A stretch of DNA of 64,000 nucleotides from contig CT868108.1 in the NCBI GenBank assembly GCA_000165425.1, forward strand, positions 186,001 through 250,000. Direction: 5' to 3'. Made by a program: the position numbers and the translations under genes. Shown here piece after piece: positions 53,371 to 64,000 of the stretch. The notes beneath the pieces are model-generated. The model had not been told where the DNA came from and did no database searches. It worked only from the letters and a program-made list of their open reading frames with translations. Numbering within the stretch: the stretch's first letter is position 1; the number at the start of each line of letters is the position of its first letter. The stretch is from Paramecium tetraurelia. Taxonomy: Eukaryota.

Positions 53371-56300
53371 TCATAATTGTGACAATTATTATTCATTAAA
53401 AATAGACACTAAATATTACTAATATAGATATATAATACTAATACCTAAATATCTACAGACTCTTTGATTTCACTGTTATTTAATTTGGATCTATTTTGTG
53501 TTTGCAATAATTGTTAATAGTTCCCATTGGTGATCATTGCAATGTTTAATTTGACGACTATAATGTTATTAGCTACTAATAGTTCAGCTTAACCAAACTT
53601 AAAGATCGAATCAAAGCCTTCCAATTTTATATTAATTGACTAAGAATGAATCCTAAAATTATTACTTTTCTTTGATCAATTTCAGCCATTTCAAAGCAAA
53701 TATTCTCTGTGAATTTAATATATGAAGCAATGTGTTTGATCACTTTGCCTAGCATATCCCATTAAAGACCTATGTCAATACACATTTTAGGAGAGATAGC
53801 TAAACTATAATTTAAAGAATACATTTTTTAGTGGCTTTTTCAAGTCCATTAGCTAATTTGTTGAAATAGCATTCAACAAAAGATTAGAATTAAACATGAT
53901 ATCCTAATCTATCTTTAGTCATCTCATACAAATCCATAATAATTTAATCATCTTTAATTGATGAAACACTTTCCTTATCAATTAAAAATGTCCAATATTT
54001 CGTTGATGAATCTTCAATAATTTAGTTAAATAAAAAGGAGTACTTTTCTCTTCTTATAAATTCATCTTTAGCGACAACTTGAATGATAATTTGATTAGTT
54101 ATTGGTATCGTGATAAGTTCTTTCTTATTCTTTCGCTTTGTTAAATAATTAGAAATTAGTTATTTTCCATTATATTAAATTGAATCTCCTTGAAATGAGT
54201 AAGGATTGACTGTTATGGCAATATTGTCATGCATTTCTTTGATTAATTATTGAATATTTTCATGTGAATAACCTTCAATGTTGAAATTTTCAATTCTGGG
54301 TAGAATATCATATTTAGTTTGCTCATAGACTTATTAGATGAGTTGATTTTTTGCATGTTCAGTTCCTTTTTATGAGGATAATATGGAAGGATATATGAAC
54401 TATGTATCTAATATAATTATTAAACACAATTATTACCTTTAACCATTCCCAAAGGATATTTGATTTTCCAAGTGTTATTTTCTGATTGCTTAAAAACAAT
54501 AACTTTATATTAAGCAACTTATTCAGCAGGATGTAATTCTGCTCTTATTTCTATGTTGGCAGTTTGAATTCCCCAAAAGTCAGTTGAAATGTAATCATCA
54601 TATTTACTCAGTGTTTATATTTCATGTATAATGGTTTCAGCTTAATAACATACATGTCATNNNNNNNNNNNNNNNNNNNNNNNNNNNNNNNNNNNNNNNN
54701 NNNNNNNNNNNNNNNNNNNNNNNNNNNNNNNNNNNNNNNNNNNNNNNNNNNNNNNNNNNNNNNNNNNNNNNNNNNNNNNNNNNNNNNNNNNNNNNNNNNN
54801 NNNNNNNNNNNNNNNNNNNNNNNNNNNNNNNNNNNNNNNNNNNNNNNNNNNNNNNNNNNNNNNNNNNNNNNNNNNNNNNNNNNNNNNNNNNNNNNNNNNN
54901 NNNNNNNNNNNNNNNNNNNNNNNNNNNNNNNNNNNNNNNNNNNNNNNNNNNNNNNNNNNNNNNNNNNNNNNNNNNNNNNNNNNNNNNNNNNNNNNNNNNN
55001 NNNNNNNNNNNNNNNNNNNNNNNNNNNNNNNNNNNNNNNNNNNNNNNNNNNNNNNNNNNNNNNNNNNNNNNNNNNNNNNNNNNNNNNNNNNNNNNNNNNN
55101 NNNNNNNNNNNNNNNNNNNNNNNNNNNNNNNNNNNNNNNNNNNNNNNNNNNNNNNNNNNNNNNNNNNNNNNNNNNNNNNNNNNNNNNNNNNNNNNNNNNN
55201 NNNNNNNNNNNNNNNNNNNNNNNNNNNNNNNNNNNNNNNNNNNNNNNNNNNNNNNNNNNNNNNNNNNNNNNNNNNNNNNNNNNNNNNNNNNNNNNNNNNN
55301 NNNNNNNNNNNNNNNNNNNNNNNNNNNNNNNNNNNNNNNNNNNNNNNNNNNNNNNNNNNNNNNNNNNNNNNNNNNCAATAAATTCTCCAATTATTGTGGA
55401 GTCTAAAATAGCCATCTCTAAGGCAAATTGCTTATTGAAATATCCTTTAAATCCTATGGATCTATATTGATATTCAATTATAACACTGTCTATATTACAT
55501 CAAAGAATCCACAATTGATAGCTAATTAAAATACAGTCCAACTATTATTTTCATCCAGCTTACACACTGTAGCATTTAATATCTTTATCATAATATTTTT
55601 ATAATCCTAAGGTAGTATCTTCTAGAGATAATCCACAAAAAATTCTTTATAAAAAATATCGTAATTCAATAAGAATATTGTTGTGAATAGGGATCTCTTT
55701 TATTTGTCTAATTAAAATGGCTCAGCAATGTTTTCTTAAATTAGCAATAACTTCAAAATCTCTTTACCACTGAAAGTCAACTATTTCATTATCTTTCTGG
55801 TAATATATAATAAGGTCTCTTGAGATCCTTTTGCAATGGCTCGACTCAATAAGTTGCCTTCTAGCATAAATTACTTCAGTTCACTACTCTTTAGGCTACA
55901 CAGATCTTCTAAACATAATTGAATTGTCTCTTAAGAACCACTTGAAAATGCAAATCCCAAATAAAACTACTTTTAATCATCATTTAGCATTCCCTTAGGT
56001 TTCAATGAACTTAAGAAGTAATCCTTTAAATAATTGAACAACCCTTTTGTAATCAAAAACTCCAAGGCATTCTCATTTATTAAGTTTATTCCTTGCTTTG
56101 CCAAATCTACAATATACCTCATGTTTGATTCATTAAAAGGCAAGGCTTATTTAGCTTAGTTATTACTAGAATTTAAGTATTTTTAGATAAAACCTAAAGT
56201 TCTCTTTTCTAAGGTTTTGTACTTTAATAATAGACTTGCTAATTATTATGGTTATTAAATGATATTAAGGGTCTCGAATTCTTAAGTAGTAAAATTTTGA

Positions 56301-59300
56301 TCCATCAGAATTAAGACCTCGCATGCAAATTTACATTGAGTAGATGATGGATCACTTTTTGATAAGTAATTTGTTAATAATTGACTTTCTCTAATAAATG
56401 TGTCAGGCTCATTCAAATCTTTAAATATTTTGGAATTTAAATATTTCTTTAAGAAATTGATACATCTTGATAAAACTTCATTTGACTATTCATATTTGAA
56501 TAGATTGATCATAGATTTAAATGCCTAAACAATGCAAATGTTCTAATTGGGAGATTAGGATAGCAATTCACTAAACTTATCATGAACATGAACATAATTG
56601 AAGAAATCATCAGAAGGGGTCAATTTTAGTTAGAGTACTTTTTCAATTAATAACTCTATCGTTTTGACAAAATCAGATTCTTTCTACTTTGAGGAATAAA
56701 AGACAGATCTAAAATTTTATCTCGGGAATAATCTTCTTAATTTATAAGAGTATTCCTAATACCATAATTATTAGTATTGTTTGGCTAGAATGGAGAATTC
56801 TGATTTAACTCTCTAGTAGCTATTGGCTGCATATTTATATATCTATTATAATTGGGTAGTCTTTGGTAATAATTATTATATATACTAATGCTCCTTAAAC
56901 GATAATCCACTTTTGAAAAACTGGTTTTGCTTTATCAAAAGGTTTCTTTGGATCTGGTTTTGGTTTTTCCTTATCTTTTGGAGGTTTAAAGAAATCTAGA
57001 TTGTCTTCAGGGTAAAGTCTCTTAACATCACATTCCTACAATAGCTTATTTAAATTTTCATAATAGAGTGCATTTCTAACTGTATTGATTTAATGAGCTG
57101 CTATAGGCAAGGCTTAAATAATATAATTTTGATTGGTCATTCTATCATGGATCAATTTTAATTTATTGAATCTCCCATTCATTGCTAAGATCAAAATCAC
57201 AAAGTTGACTTCATTTTATTGACAAATGTCTTTGATATCATTGATCATAGCCTAGAATGATGCAAAGTCTAATTCAATACACCAATGAGTATTTAATGAT
57301 TGTAAATATAATTATTGATTGGTCTTTAATTAAGCAACTCTTAGGCTCTTGTTCATTCTCAATTAAGCAAAGAATAAGGCCATATGAGCAGCTGGCATAT
57401 TATTGTGACTCAATGCCTTTAATAAAATGTCCACGAAATTCAACATGTCATGGAATTTAGAATCGTAGGCTTTTCTGAAAAGTTTTCCAAAGTTGAGACT
57501 CTTGGCAACCATCAGATCATTAACAACACCTTAATATTTAAAGTTATTCTATAGCATTCCCTCTGTAGATTGTTATTCTGACATCAATTAATCCAATACT
57601 TACTAGTATTTTTATTAGGCAAGGTTTTGATACATCAATTTTATTTTTTTCTTAGGATTGTCATCCTCATCTTCTTTCTTTTTATTAATATCTTATATTC
57701 CCTTATATTTCTTTTGTATATCATCTTTTAGTTTTGTGGTTATTTCAGCTATTTAATAAATAGATTAGAAGATTGGTAAGAAATCAAAAGTGTTGTTTTT
57801 ATCCCCACTAAAATTATCGTTATCTTTGTAAGTAATTTAGACATCTTTGGTCAGATATTAATATATATACTGAGTTTGAGTCGTTTTAGCTAATGAAACC
57901 ATTAATGTATGATTGTAATATGTTTCATATGGATAATTCTATTTACTACATAGCCAATTTATCCAATCAAATTATTACCATATTAATTCTTGAATTGATT
58001 CATCTAATTTACACAGAATCATTGCTGGAACTGTGTGTTAATAATAAAAATGATCCCATTCAATAATTTACTTATTTTTCTATTATTGATTTTAAAATGG
58101 TTTTTTGAGTTTTTCTTTTTTGAAATCTTCATCGAAGTAATCCTTTTTGATGTTTTGACAATACAATAAATACTTACTGAAATTGAAATGCTTAATGATG
58201 TTAATTACAGTTTGACTTAGGATTTCTAATACTTAAACACCTTTATTCGTATTGGTCTCTTGAGCAGCTTTCAATTCTTTAATAATTCTACTTTTATGCT
58301 TCTTCTATTTATACACTAGTCTATCCAAAAATAAGGCCAGAGGTGTAAATCCAAGCCAAACCTTGTCATTCAACATATTAAACTTATTAATACAAGCTTA
58401 TAAAGAATTAACTGATAAATCAGGATTCATAATCAAATAGTGCAAAGATGTTTAACCACTTAATGAGGTCTGATTTTAAAGAGAATCTATATTAAGAATC
58501 TAATCTAGGGGTGCATTTTCTAAATACATCATCATAGGAGAAATTCCTTAATGATCTTGTTAATAAACAAATTGTTCAAATTGTTTCCAAGATCTTGCAA
58601 ATAAATTCCATCTCTTTCTCCTTACAATCTCGTGGAATATATTCTATTATAATTCTGGCAATTATAATAAATCAAATTTCTCTTATGTTTCGACTTTCTT
58701 TGGTAGAATAGGAATTTTGAAATAGGTTTCTTATTTGGCTTTCCGATATTGTTCTTCCATAGATTACATAAATGGCAATTCTGGATTTAAGAATTTCTTG
58801 CATAATTTTCTTAATTTAGATAACACTATCACATGTTAATAATCATGAATATTGAATTCCAATAGAAAAAGGTGACAAAATTTATGAATTTTCAGGAATT
58901 TGTAGCAATATTAAGCAATGATCAACCCGATATTTGGGTACATATTCAAAGCGTTAATAAAACAAGCTAGAGCTTTCAAGTAATGGTTCTTTCTTAGTCT
59001 CTCTTTAATATTTTGAAATAATGATTATGCAAACATTTCTAGTTGCACATCTTCATTTAAACCTAATTAATTAAAGAAATATAGTAATTCAGGCAATGAG
59101 TCAGAATCCAACATATAATCTACTAAACACATTCCGAAATCATCAACTGTCAATAATAATAGTTTAGCTGCTTCACAACCGAAGTGGAAGAGTGCAGATT
59201 CAATATCTGTTTTCTTAATTCTTCCATATTTTGTAGTCGATCTTAATTAAACAAGAATTTCCAAATAAGCAGGATCTGATTATTTCAATAAACCAGAGAT

Positions 59301-60394
59301 CTGGTTATCCAATAATTCTCTTATTCTCTTTATTCTAACCAAAGCATTTCTTCTTCCCATAATGTCTGGAGCAAAACAACTTTCTTTTAGTAATCCGCAG
59401 AGTGTATTCTCCATCTCTAGCATTTATTATACCAATATTTACATTTGATTCTCTATACGACTTCTTCAAGATTTTGGTTAATTTTTGATGCCATTTCCTT
59501 TTGGCATTCTAGAATCAATTAGATTATAATTTCTTCATCTTTGCTACTTCCCCAATCAAACCCTTTTACTTTTCCTTCTTCTATTTGTTAATGCTTCTTT
59601 CTTTATTCTAATGTCTTTGGTGATCCTGGAATATTGGATGATTTATCTTCAATTAATTAATTTAATACTTGAAGGAACACTGGAAGAACAAAACTGTATG
59701 ATTTTCAAACTGACCTATCCAATTGATGCTGATTAATCATTATATACTTTAAACATCTCCTTCTATACAAATGTTTCCTTTATCATTTTTCCTTAATATT
59801 CTTACACAACTTCAAAATCGACAAAATCTGAAACTGACAAATCTATCTCTCCAATGTATTGTTCTTCATAATTCTTTACTTTCAATAATTTTAGTTTTAA
59901 TGGATATTTGGCATTTGATTTAAACATAAAATCTACTAATCCATGACAGGTTTTTGTGTACTAATGTGGGGTGGTCAAACATTAATGTCTTTCCTCGATA
60001 GATGGCTTCCCATGAAAATTTTGGTGGAATCTGGATTACTCATATATATACTTTATTGTTTGGTAAATCATATTTGTTATACACAGTCACATTTTAGATG
60101 AATAAGATGCATAGTAATTGATTTTTCTTAACTTTCTCTTCAATTTGCTAAAATAATATTCTGGATTGACATTTCTCGAACTTTTGTTATGTCAAGTCAT
60201 TTAAAACAATCCATAAACACATTATACTTATTTAATCTGATTGGAGAAAGTTTCTTTTTCAATGCTATTATTCAAATGTATAAACTACTTGGTTACGAAA
60301 CTCCTTGGACACCTTACAAAGATGTCTACTACAAAGGTCGTTTAGATATTTGCCTTGATGTTTTTACTCGGAAATCATTAGACTTAGTTTACAT
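53371..60394 (-). CDS. Giant (~2000 aa) protein with C2-like N-terminus and ankyrin-like repeats; spans a gap and the 5' structure is uncertain
   Basis: Long code-6 reading frames on both sides of the gap. YIGEIDLSVSDF...IGQVSLKI is C2-like; QDHQGISPMM, GQTSLHYLIMN and LGFTPLALFL are ankyrin-like. The start could be 60071 or 60394. Confidence 0.6.
54661..55375. other. Assembly gap
   Basis: Run of N. Confidence 1.
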
Positions 60395-60630
60395 TCTTAA
60401 TAAATATAATTATAAGACTTAATCTTAATTGCTATCTATAATTAATTTTCATCAGATCAGCATTTATATATCATGATCTTAAGCTAAATGTATAAATTTA
60501 TTTAGTATATTTGAATCATAATTATACTTTTATTCAGTCCTCATTATCAGCATTTAAGTGTTTGTGAAGAACATGAAAATATTGATTAATAATATGTTTG
60601 TACACTATTTATCCATTAATAAATTTAATT

Positions 60631-62112
60631 ATGCTGAGTATATTTTAAGTCTTAAAGAATGGAATTTGTACACAAAAAAAGAAAAAAGTAGTTGTAGAAT
60701 AAAAGGTAGAAGCCCCAAAGTCAGAATCAGAATCTGAAGAGTAACCAAAAGTAGTTGAACATGATTTCAGAAGAGCAAGAAGGAAGGAAAGTTTGGATCA
60801 AATAGAACAAGAAATGACCAAAAGGAGAACATAAGAGATTTAGCATAGAAACACTTTGCTCAAAAAATTGAAAATTAAAATAAGTGGAGATAATATAAAT
60901 GCACCTATTCTGACCAATTTTGCAAAGATGAAGAATTATCTCAATTAAGATTTAATGAATCAATTGACTAAATCTGGTTATCAAAAGCCAACTCCAATCT
61001 AAATGGTTGCTATTCCAATCATTCTTCAAAAGAAGAACCTGATCGCAATAGCCCCTACAGGATCTGGAAAGACTTGTGCTTTTGCTTTGCCTACATTGCA
61101 CAATTTAGAAAATCACAAAGAAGGAGGCCCAAGATGTTTAGTATTTGCCCCTGCTTAAGAATTGGCTGATTAATTATACAAAGAATTCAATAAGTTTAAT
61201 AAGGAATTGAAGATTAAACAAATTCAAGAAATGAACAGAGAAAAGTAAGCTTTTAAATAAGCATGGAATCATATTGATATACTTATTAGTTCTCCACTTA
61301 AGTTTCTGAAATTGCATAAAGTAGTTGACTTAAGTACTGTAGAATATGTAATTATGGATGAAGCTGATAAATATTTTGAATTAGGATTGTTAGCTTAGGT
61401 AAAATAATTGTTAAGGATATTGGAATCATTACAAATCACCTACATGTTCTTCAGTGCTACACTACCTGAGCCAGTCGAAGATATTTATAGAGAATTGCTA
61501 ATAGACCCAATCAAAATTATGATAGGTGGAAGAAATCATGTTCTAAGTAGGATTGATTAACAATTGAGATATGTATCAAATGAATATGGAAAAATATAAG
61601 AAATAAAGAATTTAATAAATGAAGGATAAATGACTCCACCTGTTTTGGTGTTCGTTCAATCTAAAACAAGAGCTGAAGCCTTGATGTATGAAATAGAACA
61701 ATTGAAAGTAATTAGAGTGAATTGTATTCATGGAGATATGGAGAGTAAGACAAGATAAGAAATTGTCGAGTAATTTCATAAGGGAACAATCTGGATGCTT
61801 ATTTGTACTGATATGATGGCCAGAGGAATAGATTTCAAAGATGTGTAATTAGTTATTAATTATGATTTCCCATAATCTATGATTACTTATGTACATAGAG
61901 TTGGCAGAACTGGCAGAGCAGGTAAATAAGGGAAGGCCATTACTCTTTTTACAGACGACGATAAATCTATGTTGCGATCATTGGCCAATGTGTTAAAGGT
62001 ATCAGGATGTTAAGTGCCTGAATGGTTATTCCAATTACCAATTGCCAAGAAAGAACTTAAAAAAAAGAGAGAACGTTTCCCTGTTAAAAGAGAAAATATA
62101 GAAGATTAATGA
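60631..62112 (+). CDS. DDX52: DEAD-box RNA helicase DDX52/ROK1
   Basis: PTPIQ, APTGSGKT, DEAD, FSATL, PPVLVFVQSKTRA, ARGIDF, YVHRVGRTGRAG; intronless, 1482 nt. Confidence 0.92.
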
Positions 62113-62212
62113 TGTATATTTCATTTGTAAATTACGATATAATAAGTTCTGTAGTGTATTTTAAAAGCATTTATATAATTCCATAATGATATAAAAAATA
62201 GTATAAATTGTA

Positions 62213-63533
62213 TCAATTTAAACATGCTTTTGTATCTAACCATCTTACTTTAGCTTAAACTATGGAATTACTTTTTATACCGAATTAATACAAAGTTTAG
62301 ACTCTATCTCTTTAATTATTGTATTAATGTCCATTTATAAAAAGATCAAGTGCAACTTAAGACCTAAAGATTGTATGTTATTTAAGTGTTACATGTCAAG
62401 GGATAAATAATTTAAAATAAATATAGCTAACTTTTCAATTTGAGTATTAGGATTAAAATGATCAACAAAGGATCTTTTATAAACACCTTCCAATATCTCG
62501 ATTTTTAATTCTATTAATTATTAAACACTTAATTATGACTATTCATATGTAAATAAACATACTTGATCGTATTGATGGAATATTTAATTTGTCTAATTCA
62601 TCGATTAACCATAATTTAAAGTATCAAAAGTAGTCTAAAATAGATTTTAAGTATTAAAGATGCCATTTGTAGTAGTGATAAGCAATTATTCACCAACTAT
62701 GTCATTTACTGTAGAATTAAACTCCAGATTTTTATTTAATTATAAAGAATGACATGTCCATTACTATATATCTCCTTATAATCTGATTATTCAATTTTAA
62801 GTATACTTTAAATATTTTTAAATAAATCGCACTATTTCAATGATTTTGGAATCTGATTACACTTCCATAGCCAAATGAACATTTAATCCAGCCTATATTC
62901 GTTTTTGAATATAAATTTCATCCGTGGCAATGATGAAATTATCCATTTACAAATCTAAAAGCTTCTCGTTTGGCTTCAGGTGTTGATTGTAGTCTTAGGA
63001 ATAACATCTCCAATTCTAATAATTTTCAGTAAGTCTAATGATATTTTTTAATTTACGAATATTTGTTACGAATATGGGTGAATAAATCATGGACCTAAAA
63101 TTAATTAGTTACTTTCAAAATGAAGCGAATATTCTAAGGTTGAATAGTGAGTGCAATCGATTTTTGTTTTTCAATATGCTTTTAACAAACAATAATGAAT
63201 AACTCGTCATCCATATTTCCAACTTCATCATTGCCCCCTAATTTTATATTCCTATTGTATGAATAGCAACTCCACATATTTGTATCTCCTAATAAACTAA
63301 CTTAATATTATAATCTACTGCTCGTTTTCTTTAAAATAGTTCAGCATTTAATTCACAGTTACATTTGTCTCCATCTCAAGATTAAAGGGACTATTGTAAG
63401 GAATCAGCAGCACATTCTTTCGTATAATCATAAATCTGCTAATTCTATTATAAAAATATTGTAAGGAATTATACTCATCAATAATAGACTAAAATGATGA
63501 GTTTAATAATTAATAGATTTTAATCTTATTCAT
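62213..63533 (-). CDS. Protein with tandem ubiquitin-like (beta-grasp) repeats
   Basis: Three internal repeats with W-x-C-[YH]-S (MWSCYS, NWRCYS, QWTCHS) plus a terminal UBL-like unit (DLFINGHQY...TLYQFGIKSNSIVQAKVRWL); at least three introns. The start may be 63431. Confidence 0.6.
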
Positions 63534-63603
63534 TTTTTACCCTTCATTAATCTCTTATGAAAATGAAGAGGAAGGTTGATTTAATAAATTATTATTTAAT
63601 AAA

Positions 63604-64000
63604 ATGGTAAAAGAATAAAAACCAAGTAAAATAGCAAATAAACATAGAAATATATAGGACTGAAAATAAATTTGATACTTATATGACAAAGGATGCATTT
63701 TGTAAATTTATCTCAGATGAATTAATTGCCAAAGATGGATTGAAAGAAAACTTTTAATTTCAGAATTACAAAGTAATTTTTGGTTTGTTTATGATTGTAA
63801 ATGTAATCTATTCACATTATCACTTCATACCATATCCTCAAGATTACTATATATTGATAGCATGCATCATATTGTAAATTTGATTATACACGTGTATTAG
63901 TTATTATGTATCTACATACATTTATTAATGGTTTGAGAAAGTCAAAGAAGGAGATATTTTTATACTGTATGATGTAATGAAATTAAATAATTGTCAGGAC
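63604..64000 (+). CDS. SPCS2: Signal peptidase complex subunit 2 (SPC25)-like; runs off the window
   Basis: LKENFQFQNYKVIFG-TM-IPYPQDYYILIACIIFYY-TM-EGDIF two-TM pattern; two introns, plus a probable third at the window end. Confidence 0.7.

Noticed and set aside
54608..55415. Long ORFs made of X here and at 25775-26001, 35103-35368 and 36839-37120
   Set aside because: Artefacts of translating N gaps.
60189..60422. 77-aa plus-strand ORF
   Set aside because: No recognisable motif and it overlaps the probable 5' end of the giant minus-strand gene; not enough support to call.

Overview
AT-rich eukaryotic DNA that reads as a ciliate macronuclear scaffold, very Paramecium-like. TAA/TAG encode Gln, TGA is the only stop, GT..AG introns are about 20-31 nt, and intergenic spacers are tiny. 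The supplied ORF track uses the wrong genetic code, so I re-translated by eye with code 6. I can support about 27 protein-coding genes, among them RPL35A, CCDC61/VFL3, ANP32-like, IFT27, MOK/LF4 kinase, CK1-like, DGAT1, a PX-domain sorting nexin, lysyl-tRNA synthetase, a papain-family protein, clathrin light chain, an Aurora-like kinase, a TBC-like protein, an ACX4/GCDH-like flavoenzyme, two PAS-containing multipass membrane proteins, a giant ankyrin-like protein, DDX52/ROK1, a tandem ubiquitin-like protein and SPCS2. There are also two young frameshifted pseudogenes (CCT4 and an LRR gene), several older gene relics and four N gaps. The most notable items are a DOMON-cytochrome b561-cytochrome b5-FNR fusion (a possible one-polypeptide transmembrane redox chain), a CHAT/caspase-like protein with Cys/His clusters, a papain with a Cys-to-Tyr active-site change, a DGAT1 with a possible PH-like N-terminus, and a gradient of gene decay. 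All calls come from manual translation and motif recognition; no database search was run.
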